A stretch of 64,000 nucleotides of DNA from Anthoceros angustus (Eukaryota; Plantae; Anthocerotophyta): assembly GCA_010909165.1 (NCBI GenBank), contig VJWM01000179.1:62001-126000 (forward strand), in the 5' to 3' direction. The position numbers were made by a program, and so were the translations under genes. Positions 1 to 11,900 of the stretch are shown piece after piece (position 1 is the stretch's first letter; every line of letters starts with the position of its first letter). The notes under the pieces are model-generated. The model did no database searches and was not told the DNA's origin. It saw nothing but the letters and a program-made list of their open reading frames with translations.

Positions 1-1756
1 TACAACCGCCTTGTACACCTCGCTCTATGCACCCCGGAGGACGATGGGGAATATGATTTCCAACATAATGTGCCGCCATGGCATTTGAGGCCAACGCCAC
101 CACTTTCCACCTTAGCCGCTATGTTGGACCCATAGCCCGGGCGCTTGATGCGCTTAATGCCCTCAATCACGGCCTTCAAGTCCGACGGACAAAACGACGG
201 CGCAATGTATTGGCCATCGCCACCCATGTGCCACAACCATCTTTTCCTCCGCTTGCTTCCATGTCCATGCTGATGCATGTCATCTCGCCTCCAGAGGTGC
301 CATATGGCCTCGCATTGTTTTTTCCACGCATCACATCCTTTGGCGCACACAAGCATGTGACGCCAATATGGCGACTCAACAAGGACTACCGGTTCCAAAG
401 TTCCCTCGACGGACGCCAGTGTCGCAGCTTCTCTCGATGCCATATCCGCCACAATATCATCGAACGCTGGGTGGTTTGGGCCGTGAGGTCCGCCACCATC
501 AAACCAATCCGCATCCTCCCACCGCTATCATCACCGGTAGCCACCGACGCGATCCGACATAAACGTTTTTCAAATCTCCGAATAGCGAGAATCAAGGTCC
601 GCCAAGAATCGACACACGCCGCTCCTCTCACTTGCAATCCGTGAGGGTCCCAACCCCGGTAATCGGCAATGATGTGCAAAATCGCTGCTCAGAATCAAAA
701 TGCCTCTAGGATGGTTTTAAGATTGAGAAATCTTCCATGTCCACCCTCCATAACTCTTCAAGTTCATCTACGAGGTGCCATGTACACATCGAAATTTTTA
801 ACCATCCCCGCCCCGCACAATTAGAGGCATGATGACATGGCGCCCTCAGCCGCCTAAGGCATGTTGTGCACAAATACCAAAACCGCCATATGGACGTGTT
901 TGCATTCGCGGGCCAAACGGGTTGAACCCTGTGGATAATGCTAACCTCAAGTTCTCGCTCATCGCCGAAACCATCAATCGCATCTAGTGCTCCATGCCGG
1001 GTATCCGCCATCATGGACATGTCCCCATTCTCGCTTTGCCTCTCGACATACCAAGTCATCAATTGTGCTATTTCCGGCATTCGAAACATGCGCTCACGGC
1101 TTTTCAAGGAAAATGCCAAGGACCTTCCGAGGACTCACCTGCTCATCAAACCCTTCCCCGAACTGCCCCACACTTTGGGCAATGGTTGCCCCATACCGCC
1201 TCAATGTAACGCAATTTTTCTCACAAGCATGGATTTTCTCATATCCGGGGCCAAAGAGGTGCAGTGTGACTTGGCCTCGTACATGTCCTTCTAGAGCTTG
1301 TTTCGAATCGGAAAAAATCCACACTTAAGAGCTTTAAGAGGGTCATACGCACGCCACGATGTCATACATGGTTTGCCACGACAGCAACAATAGTGTGGCG
1401 CTTAGCCTGCTCTCTTTCGCTTTCACTCCCTCCTGAAAGTGGTATAAAGGTGTCTTGCCAGCAGCCCGACAAGCAGCGGTTCTCTCATCGGTTCCGTCTG
1501 TGCCGAGGGCATGATCCGTTGCTTCCAGCAAGTCGTCCACGGAGTGCATGTCGGGTACATCTTCACAACCCGTTCCCTCGTCCATGCTCTCCATATCGGA
1601 GCTACTACTTTGGTCGGTCCCATTGCCATCGCTGCTTCCCCTTTCAGACCCACCGGAGCTCGTTTCCCCATCCGTTTGGGGTGCGGAAACGCCTTCAAGG
1701 CCACCGCCATCGTCCCTGTCCAAACTTGCCGCCACGCGCTGCCAAAAACCCGACAT
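1..1756 (-). pseudogene. CACTA (En/Spm) TnpD/Tnp2 transposase, frameshifted; runs off the left edge (outer element)
   Basis: Successive minus-strand fragments: KTPLY...SRLSATLLLLSW (1343-1756), GYEKIHACEKNC (1094-1324), LMTWY...MSMMADT...LDAIDGFGDE (706-1119), IIADY (386-679). Order and motifs match Transposase_21 proteins and parallel the ORF at 17979. Confidence 0.88.
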
Positions 1757-4323
1757 TAATCCAAATATGGAAGTGCAATCCTTGGGTCACGAAACATTTG
1801 GTAAAACCGCCCCCCTATATATGTGAAGCATGGTAACATGCCATATTTGAACATAAAGATAAGTAGGAGAAACAATGGAGGTGCGCGTGGAAAGGATGGC
1901 GTGGCAATGTCTGGAGCCAGGTGTTAAACCTTAGGACTCGCACAACCGATATAAAAGTAAAAATACACCGGTTCCAAGCCTTCCAGTTGTCCTTGTGTCA
2001 AGGCATGTTGATTGTGCGCCATGACATTGCAAGGACCAGACAACATCCTTGGCCCATGGTCATTCCGACCGCAGTAACCAAAAACGTCCTTGGGTCACGA
2101 AACATTTGGTATAACCGCCCCCCTATATATGTGAAGCATGGTAACATCCCATATCCGAAAATAAAGATAAGTGGGAGAAACAATGGAGGTGCGCGCAGAA
2201 AAGACGGCGTGCCAATGTCTGGAGCCAGGTGTTAAACCTTAGGACTTGCACAACATATATAGAAGGTAAAACAACATTGTTTCATGACATTCAAATTGTC
2301 CTTGGGTCATGGCATGTTGTTTGGGGGCGATGACTTTCCTATGCCCTCACAACATCCTTGGCCCATAGTCATCCAATTGCAATCACCAAAAACGTCCTTG
2401 GGTCACGAACTAGTGTGAAAAACTGCCCGGCTATATATGCCAAGCATGATGACATGCCATAATTGAACAAATAGGGAATCGGGAGAAACGATGGAGTTGC
2501 GAGCGGAAACATGGCATGGCATGGCAAGGAGCCGATGGCATGCCATTTCACTTACGCCCTCCTCCGCCTCTCCTCCATCACCCATAGGTTACCACATTTC
2601 GCAAAACAACATCATCAAGAATCGTGCACTTCGTCTTGTCGCGGTTAGGTCTATCCAGGCGTCGCAGCACTACAACAAGTAGGGGGGTCTAGTAACGGTC
2701 AGAGTAACATTCCCGTTCACGGTCTGTAAAGGCGTTACAAAAATCCCACATTCCCTACTCACCGGGTGTGTGGGCAAGGGTGGTCTATGGTGCCGGGTTA
2801 ATTAACCCAAAACCTGGCACGACGTCCTTTGCATCTCTTTGTTGCCGCCCCCGTGCACCTCTCCTTAGCCCGCTCTTTCGCTTTCACTCCCTCCTGAAAG
2901 TGGTATAAAGGTGTCTTGCCAAAGAGTCGACAAGCGGCCGGTTCTCGCCGGTTAAAATCGTGTCCCCGTCAGGTGCTTCCGCTGTTTCCAGCAAGTCGTC
3001 CACGGAGTGCATGTCGGGTACATCTTCACAACCCGTTCCCTCGTCCATGCTCTCCATATCGGAGCTACTACTTTGGTCGGTCCCATTGCCATATTGCTTC
3101 CCTTCGCACTCCACCGAGCTCGCTTTCCCCATCCGTCTGGGGTGCGGAAACGCCTTCAAGGCCACCGCCATCGTCCCTGTCCAAACTTGCCGCCACGCGC
3201 TGCCAAAAACCCGACATTAATCCAAATATGGAAGTGCAATCCTTGGGTCACGAAACATTTGGTAAAACCGCCCCCCTATATATGTGAAGCATGGTAACAT
3301 GCCATATTTGAACATAAAGATAAGTAGGAGAAACAATGGAGGTGCGCGTGGAAAGGATGGCGTGGCAATGTCTGGAGCCAAGTGTTAAACCTTAGGACTC
3401 GCACAACCGATATAAAAGTAAAAATACACCGGTTCCAAGCCTTCCAGTTGTCCTTGTGTCAAGGCATGTTGATTGTGCGCCATGACATTGCAAGGACCAG
3501 ACAACATCCTTGGCCCATGGTCATTCGCAGTGACAAAAAAGCGCCCTTGGGTCACGAAACATTTGGTATAACCGCCCCCCTATATATGTGAAGCATGGTA
3601 ACATCCCATATCCGAAAATAAAGATAAGTGGGAGAAACAATGGAGGTGCTTGTGAAGACGGCGTACAATGTCTCTGAGCCGTGTTAAACCTTAGGACTTG
3701 CACAACATATATAGAAGGTAAAACAACATTGTTTCATGACATTCAAATTGTCCTTGTGTCAAGGCATGTTGTTTGGGGGCTGACTTTCCTATGCCCTCAC
3801 AACATCCTTGGCCCATAGTCATCCAATTGCAATCACCAAAAACGTCCTTGGGTCACGAACTAGTGTGAAAAACTGCCCGGCTATATATGCCAAGCATGAT
3901 GACATGCCATAATTGAACAAATAGGGAATCGGGAGAAACGATGGAGTTGCGAGCGGGAAACATGGCATGGCATGGCAAGGAGCCAGATGGCATGCCATTT
4001 CACTTACGCCTCCCCCCCTCCTCTGCCCCTCCCCCTCCATCACCCATAGGTTACCACATTTCGCAAAAACAACATTGTCACTTCGCAATTGCACTTCGTC
4101 TTGTCGCGGTTAGGTCTATCCAGGCGTCGCAGCACTACAACAAGTAGGGGGGTCTAGTAACGTCGAGTAACATTCCGTTGCGACTACATAAGGCGTTACA
4201 AAATCCCACATTCCTACTCACCGGTGTGTGGGCAAGGGTGGTCTATGGTGCCGGGTTAAAACACAGCGCACGACGTCCTTTGCATCTCTTTGTTGCCGCC
4301 CCCGTGCACCTCTCCTTAGCCCG
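1402..4323. repeat. Tandem duplication, period ~1.46 kb (1402-2870 / 2864-4323)
   Basis: Near-identical copies with patchy indels; the junction shares CTTAGCC; it duplicates the CACTA left end (2668 and 4133). Confidence 0.92.
1780..2530. repeat. ~308-bp tandem repeat (about 2.5 units) upstream of TnpD
   Basis: CCTTGGGTCACGAA...CTATATATG...AAGCATG recurs at 1780, 2088 and 2396 (period 308). It recurs again at 3241, 3545 and 3846, with diverged relatives at ~37015-37480. Confidence 0.9.
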
Positions 4324-4681
4324 CCGTGTGTCCCATAGGTGGCCTTAAGCCAAACCGATAGTGGCTAGCCCGCTGCGTGTCCCACGGAGGGAAGAAGAGG
4401 GTGCGACAGGTCATACGTTGTACGCAAAGATACAGTTGCGCTGCAAGATTCGAACCTTCAGCCTCCCCTACAAGGGTCTAACCTTGAACCACTCCATCAC
4501 CCACATTGATGTAGTCTTTCCCTGTTGCGCACGCAGGTGTGCAAGTGAACCCATATTGCTTTGAGAAACACATTATGATCTTTGTGGGCTTCGAACCCTT
4601 GACCTCTCTATCCGGATCGCAGGGGATTTCCACTATGCCACCCCCGAACGATAATCCCATTGCACGGCTCAATGTTGTACA

Positions 4682-6884
4682 AAACGTGGTCATCCCATCG
4701 GAACGTGGATGACCTACGAGGTTTGGCTTAAGTTGCAACGCACGTTGCCACGTTCGGTCCACTCGCCCCATGGCAAACCACACCGCGTGGCTTGTCTGGT
4801 ACCCTGCACATACAGCTTAGACATCCAACAAGCCTAATGGCCCTCGTTACTCAAACGGCCCCTCTATCCACATCCTATTACTACAAGAATTATTGGCTCA
4901 GACAGCTAAGCTAGTGTGAAGTGCAAAGGCACAATGTGTGTTGCTATTTGGCAAGCTTAAAACAGAGCAGCAAGGGTTTTCATATGCTTGCAAACTTTGT
5001 ACAAGCGTGTCCTCGTTGGGCAGGACAATTAGTCATTTCCAGAGAATTAAGAGAAGGCACGTTGCTTGCAATTGGGGGTTAGCCTCGCAGAGACTGAGTG
5101 CCATTGAACCTTGGCCTCACAAGCCGTGAGTGCGATTTCCATTGTTCACCGTGGAAATGATTTCCCTATTGCTCGACCATGCAACGAACATGCAGAAACG
5201 CATCGTTGGGACTTCATTCGCCATGGAAGCAAATGAGACAATAGCAAAGTCTGAATGAAAACAGGCCACGAAGCCTAACAAACGAGATGTTATTTTGGCG
5301 CCCCTCCGCAAAATCAAGCTCCCGCATGCTGTAGCGCATGGAGCAGGTTGTCCACATTTCCAAGCGTGCTCACAAGCCACTCTCGATCCACCACTGCAAG
5401 GTGCTCCCGGTGCGCAGAAGCGCCGCAGCAAGAAACCCGCGCGCCCCTCGCAGCCTTTCCATTTTGTCCACGAACCCGGGGGTTGTCTTCTTCGCCATGC
5501 CCGCCCACCAGCGTGCATCGCTGACTGTAATCTTGTCCACACACACCGGCAGGCGGAGCTCCTTCAGGCGTCGATCCACCTCAACCTTCATGTCCATTTG
5601 GAATAGAGTCCTCGCCTTTGGAGCCATTCGGATAATTTCGCTGTGCAGAATCAGCTTGAATTCGATAGCCGCCTTGATCATATCCAGATATGATGATCCC
5701 GCCATACTGGCAGGGCTGATGTTCACATATCGGCCAACCAAGTTCAATGAGTCGGGCCTCGTTCTTCTCCAGGAAACGGCGTGCTTCTCCAGGGCGCGGG
5801 TGTCCTCCTTCTTCTCTGTTTCAAGGATGGGGCCCAAACGTGGTCATCCCACTCCGAACGTGGATGACCTCAGGATAAGTTACCGCTGCTGCCACGTTCG
5901 ATCCACTCGCCCCATGGCAAACCACACCGCGTGGCTTATGCGGTACCACACTCATACAGACATCCAACAAGCCTAATGGCCTCGTTACTCAAACGGCCCC
6001 TCTATCCACATCCTATTACTACAAGAATTATTGGCTCGTGTGTAGCCAAGCTAGTGTAATGCGATTACAATGCGGGCAGTTGTGTAAGCTTAAAAGCAGG
6101 CAGCAAGGGTTTTCATATGCTTGCAACTGCGTGTCCTCGCTAAGGTGACAATTAGTCATTTCCGGAGAATTAAGAAGGCACGTTGCTTGCAATTGGGGTT
6201 AGCCTCGCGACCTGAGTATTGAACCTTGGCCTCAAGCCGTGAGTGCGATTTCCATTGTTCACCGTGGAAATGATTTCCTATTGCTCGACCATGCAACGAA
6301 CATGCGTAAACGCATCGTTGGGACTTCATTCGCCATGGGAAATGAGACAATAGCAAAGTCTCGAATGAAAAGCGAGCCACCGGCCTATGAGCAGGATGTT
6401 ATTTTGCGCCTCATAAAATCAAGCTCCCGCATCTTGATGGCGCATGGGCGAGTTGTCCACATTTCCAAGCGTGCTCACAAGCCACTCTCGATCCACCACG
6501 GGAGCTGCTCGGTGCGCAGCAAGCGCCGCGGCAAACCACCGCTCGCGTACTTTCCATTTGTCCACGAACCCGGGTTGTCTTCTTCGCCATGCCCGCCCAC
6601 CGGCGCCCGGTAATCTTGTCCACACCGGCGGTGAGCTCCTTCAGCGCCGATCCACCTCAACCTTCATGTCCAGATAGAGTCCTCGCCTTTGGAGCCATTC
6701 GGATAATTTGTTGCGAGTAAACGAATTAATTCGATAGCCGCCATATCCGGATATGATGATCCCGCCATATCTTGGCGGTGATTCTGTCGGTAACCAAGTT
6801 CAATGAGTCGGGCCTCGTTCTTCTCGAGCAGCGTCTTCTCCAGGCGGTGTCCTCCTTCTTCTCTGTTTCAAGGATGGGGCCCAA
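4682..6884. repeat. Tandem duplication ~1.1 kb (4682-5836 / 5837-6884)
   Basis: AACGTGGTCATCCCA... starts both copies and both end in TCAAGGATGGGGCCCAA; the second copy is indel-rich. Confidence 0.9.
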
Positions 6885-7106
6885 CAGCGTGTTGTGAAAG
6901 GGGTTTCGGAGTAATCGGATTTCCGTCCACTTCTCCCCTCCAAGGGGGATGCGGACAGTGGTGAGCGTGCCCGACATGGCCACTTCCGTCTGCTCTCGCT
7001 TGAAGATGGCTGCGATGCGTGGCGACAGTTGAACATGAGGAGGGGGCAGAGGAGTTGAATGGGCTTCCGCCTCCTTAACTTTGGGAGCGCTGCTGCTAGA
7101 CGCCAT
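5370..7106 (-). pseudogene. Unassigned ORF inside the CACTA element (~220 aa when rejoined across the duplication)
   Basis: MASSSSAPKVKEAE...LLGPILETEKKEDT (6726-7142 ORF) overlaps in sequence with GPILETEKKEDTRAL...QWWIESGL* (5370-5837). No recognised domain. Confidence 0.5.
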
Positions 7107-8941
7107 GAATTGCGGCAATCTCAGAAGGGAAAAGCAGCTCAAGAAGATGCTGTAAGAGGAACTGATCCCGGGTCGCGGAGAACAACTATAGCGCAGCAGT
7201 GTTTGTGGCCTATGTTACATGCCTCCAACGGGCGGGAAATTTTCCCACCACCCCTCGGTCGTCCCGACCCACTGATTGCGACTGTACTGACCGGGCGTGA
7301 TATCTGACAGGTGCGGGCGGCATGACATGCCCTCTTGTCAGTTCTGGCTTCATGTGTTTTGTGCCTATCAATGTTTGCCGACGACATCCATCGCCTAACC
7401 AGGAGCCTTCTATTTTCATCCGCGTCCCCGTTCGATGTTTCACAAACTAGGTTCTTACTTTGCCGAACACCGCTCGCCAGTTCGGCAGTGCAAGCTGAGT
7501 GCTTCTCACGAACTTTGCCTGTTTCATGGGCAGGTGGTTGGAACGGCCCATTAAGGACATCCGCAGGCGTGGATCACAAACGATAGGAATGCACAAAGAA
7601 AACGGGCAAATGCTGCCATTACATACTTTGCCTCACGTCATACAGTGACGGTAACAAATTTGCGACAACCGCGGCCACACATCTCGTGACCCCTCAATGA
7701 CCTACAATTTCAACATAGGGGCTAGCTAACATAAATGTCGACAGCGCACCGCACTTCTGCCCACTTCCTCCATCAAAAGTCATAGAAGGTCCCGAATGAT
7801 TGCCATGAGTCGCAGACGCTTGGCCTCTTCAATTGCGCGGATCAGTGCCTCCCTAGCGAGAATGGCCTGAATCAGATTGGCGAAGGCCTCACGACGACCA
7901 TGGCGTCGAGCTGCTCTCAGCATTCCAACTGCATCAAGGACCACCTGCTGGCACAAACAGTTCGGCTTAGACCATCTTCCCCAACGCTAACTTCACCGAA
8001 CCCGACAGCGGAAAGGAGGTCGACCATCGAGTGCTTACCACCGTGGGTTCCGATGTTGCTGACACGGGCGGCCCCCGCTGGCGGCGATTGGACCGAAGTC
8101 CTTTGGAACATCACGCTCGTGGCGTTCTGCTGACCACGCCCGCGGTGAGGACTATCGGTGGTCCCTCCCGTGTGCTCCTCTTCGGGTTGCGCCGTGTCCC
8201 TCCCTCTGCTCGCGCCCTGCCTTGTGTGTTGCATGCCGGAGCTCTCGAGCGGCTGCCCTCCTCGCCCTCGCTACCGTGAATGCCGCTCCATCGTTCAAGA
8301 TTCCTGCATCAATTGCAATGCATGTCATCACCAGGAATTCCAGACATTTCACAGGATTTTCCTGCGGCATTGGAGAACTGAACAACGCGCTCAACAACGA
8401 AGGCTAGCGTGAGAACCAAAGTTTTCATCATTGAGAGGTGGAGGTGGCGGTGGGGTGGCCATGTCTTCGTGAAGAACTCGTCGTCGCGATGGTTGGAGGT
8501 CGAGAACACTATAACACCAGCCCTCGTTTCTGATATAAGTGTTTTTGTAGGCAGAGCTGAGAGTGTGCGAGTTTGAAGGAGCTGCCTAGCTGGATCCTGG
8601 CCGAGCGGGATCCTTGAACCGCTGTTGGCCGTGTAAACCCAGGTGCTTCCACGACTCCACCCCACCGATCGCGACCCGCAATCTGCTCGTACGCCCCTGC
8701 CAGGAACTCTGTCCTCTGCTTCCAATGCCACTGACATGGGCACGTCTTGCACCTCATTATTTGTGTGGGTTCTACTTCACGCCAGAGATTGGAGCGTGGG
8801 TCTCAGCATGGAGGAATGTACACAATGCATGTTGTGGCGCGACTTTTACAAGCCGGCCGCCTCAAGATACAATCCCATGTCGCTGTAGTAAGGGGGTCTG
8901 CTCCCAAGAATGATAGGCCCTGCCGCTTACATGTCTCCAAT

Positions 8942-11900
8942 TGTTTCTCACCTCACGAGTGCCTGCTTGCACTCACCATTACACATCTACTGCTTTTATC
9001 ACCAACTACCCGCAACGTTCACCTAACCGGCTCTCGGGCGTACTAAACGCTTAAAGATCGCTCGGCTCAGCATCACCCAAGGTTCGGCCACTGCCTTTAG
9101 TCCGCCACCTCACCACCTTACTACACTCATCGTCCTGGGGAAAAACGCGTGCGGGTCCGGACCTCCTCCGCCGTTTCTGCCAGCTCTCCGCTCGCCGCTC
9201 TACACGCCTCCGGAGTTCCCTCCTACCACGCTTGGCCTCATTCGACGCCGTTGCCGCGCCGCCACGGACGAGCAAGGGTCCTCGATCGCCTTCCCCGCAC
9301 AATAACACCACTACGCAGGGTCCGGCCACTGTGACCTTGACCGGGCCTCTCCCGGCCGCCAGGCCCGCCACCGACTCGTGACTCACGCTAGCAAGAAGTA
9401 CGACAAGGGTCTCGCAAGAAAACGCGCATCAACCACCAAGAGAAAAGATGCTTTACTAGAGCGTCGCCCTTTTATACTCACGCCAAGAGCGCGCCTTATT
9501 ATTCTATCCCGAGTCAGGCCAGCCAAGCAGTGCCCTAACGCCGGGCCTACCATCTCACGCCTCCCCTATCTCCGCTGCTTGCGGTGGCCTGGGCTGCCTT
9601 GGTCCCGCCTCACGCCATGACCCCACTCCTTGGCCTCGACTGTCAGCGCTTAATCTAATCGGATGATCCATGGGAAGGGACCCCTTCCTCTACCCGAGAC
9701 CTCACAGTTACCAAGGCCCCGATCCACCGCGGTAACCACCACATCCTCCTCCTGGCCTCCGGAAAGTGGGGTCCCGCCTGAGTCACCGTTGACTGGGTCC
9801 ACGCCGGAAAATGTGATGGCCCTCTCTCCTCCCGAGTCCTGACCTCGGGTGCCCGCCTCCGGGTCCCATCATCTTCAGAGTCGGTTCCCATGTGCAGTCC
9901 GGACCTCGTGGTCCGCTCTCAGGGGTTCGGACCTCAAGGTCCATCTTAACTGTCACTGTGGTCCTGTCCTCAAGTCCTGACCCCAACCCCGACCACCCAT
10001 CGTTAGGGGTCCATCCTCGCTAGCCTGGCCTCCTTCCTCGGCTTGATTCGTTGGTTTCCTCCTCCTCACCTCCTTCGGGACCCTGCTCCTATCCTCCCGA
10101 CCGGGTCATACTGCCCTACCTCCAGCCCTGTGTTGGCCTCGCCCTCTTGGGCTCTTCCGCCGCCGCCGTCTCCCAAACAGGCCACCAAGGCCCCGTGTCT
10201 TGTCCCAATGCCCTTCTTCCCCTCCACTCCTTCCTGAGCCTTTCGGAGGTTCGCCTAGCACAGACTTAGAAGCTTCCAATGCCTTGAGGAGTCAAATTTT
10301 AGTAGTAGGCGTAAACCGAAGTCGACGGCCGGATTGCCTCTTCCACATGCGCCCGAGCACCCGATACTCCTTCTCCATAGGTGCTCCAGAGCCGAAAGGC
10401 CGTCCGGCTTTTGTCGTCTGTCTCCCCGCCAGTTTGTCACCGGAGCTGGCAAAGTCTCGAGGCGAGGCTTTGGGAGGCCTCTACCTCCTCGCAATCGCGC
10501 TGATGCTCGCCGCCTCCAGCCTCTTGCCAAGCTTCCGCCTTTCCTCGCCATGGCGCAGCTGCTTCCTCCGCCTTCCGCAATCGACCAGCAGCTTCTTCTC
10601 CGCCTGTGGCTCTTGCCTCCGCTCATTCTCGCTCAGCCCGCCATCCCCTTCCTGCGGCTCGCAACTCCGCCTCGATTCCGCTTCATCCAGTTCCTCCATC
10701 CACGCCCCTGCTCCTTGTTCCATCGCCTTTATGTGCGCGACTTTGGCCGACGGCCAGCCGCATAATCCCGTCGTAGGAAGGAGTTCGTTCTCAATGACAG
10801 GCGAGCTGCTTCTTGTGCGATTCTCGTCTCACTTTGCGTCCGCTCACCCCAACGCACACACTTTACGCCTAACTACTCGCCAAACACCGCACAGCCCGGT
10901 ATGGCCAAACGCTTAAGGACCCGTCATCTGCTTTCTGCTCACGCTCGCCTCTCACACCTCTCGTCCGCTCCTCTCCACTCACACTACACTTATCCGCCTT
11001 AAGAAAGACGCTGGTTACATGCCCCGACCTCCTCCGCTCTCCGGCCTCCGTCCGGCTCAGACGCCTCAAGTCCCTCCGGCCACACGCCCGTCCGTCGGCT
11101 ACCGGGCCGCTGCTCGACGAGCACGGGTCCCCTCACTCTTCCCCTCGCACACACCACAACACGTTAGGTCCGGCCACCAGACCGATCAATCCTCCGAGCC
11201 GCTGTGCTCGCCGGACTCAGACTCACGTTAGCAAGAAGACACACAAGGTCTGCAAGAACGCAGATCAACACCAAGAGAAAGATGATTTATTCAGGGCAGC
11301 CCCAGCCCTCTTATACTACGCCTGTGTCGGCGCCTTTATTACATCCCCTATTCCGAGCCGATGGCCACCAAGATGCCCTAATCGGCCGCCTACCATCCTA
11401 TTCCTTCCCCTATCTCCTTCACGGTGGGGCTGGAAGGTCCCGAGTTCCGCCTTTGGGATTGGTGGTCCAATCTCCGCCCCGATAGCTATGGGCGCACCTA
11501 ATCGGATGATCCGCGAGGCGGACCCTCCTTCCCCGGAATCTGCAGTTACGGCCGACCGCTGCTACCACACGACGTCCATCCTCCCTCGGCCTCCCCATGG
11601 GTCCTCCTGGGGCCACCGGCCATCCTCTCCCCAAGTCGGCGGGGCCTCATCGCCGTCCCGACCTCGAGGTCCGGTCTCGACCCGAGCCCGAACCTGTGGG
11701 TCCGCTTATTTCGAGTCCGCACTGGGTCCGCCTGGGTTCGACTGGTCCGAACTTATTGGGGTCCGTCCCCAAGCTCCGACCCTCTGTGGACCTGATCGCT
11801 AGGTCCTCCTCCTTACCCCCGACCCTTGTCTTGGTCTGCTGGTTCTCCTCTCGCACTCAGCCCGCCACCCCCTTCTCCGAGCGGTGGTGGTGAACTTACC

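Noticed and set aside
1780-2530. Regularly spaced repeats, considered as a CRISPR-like array
   Set aside because: Whole 308-bp units are homologous, there are no unique spacers or cas genes, and the context is eukaryotic.
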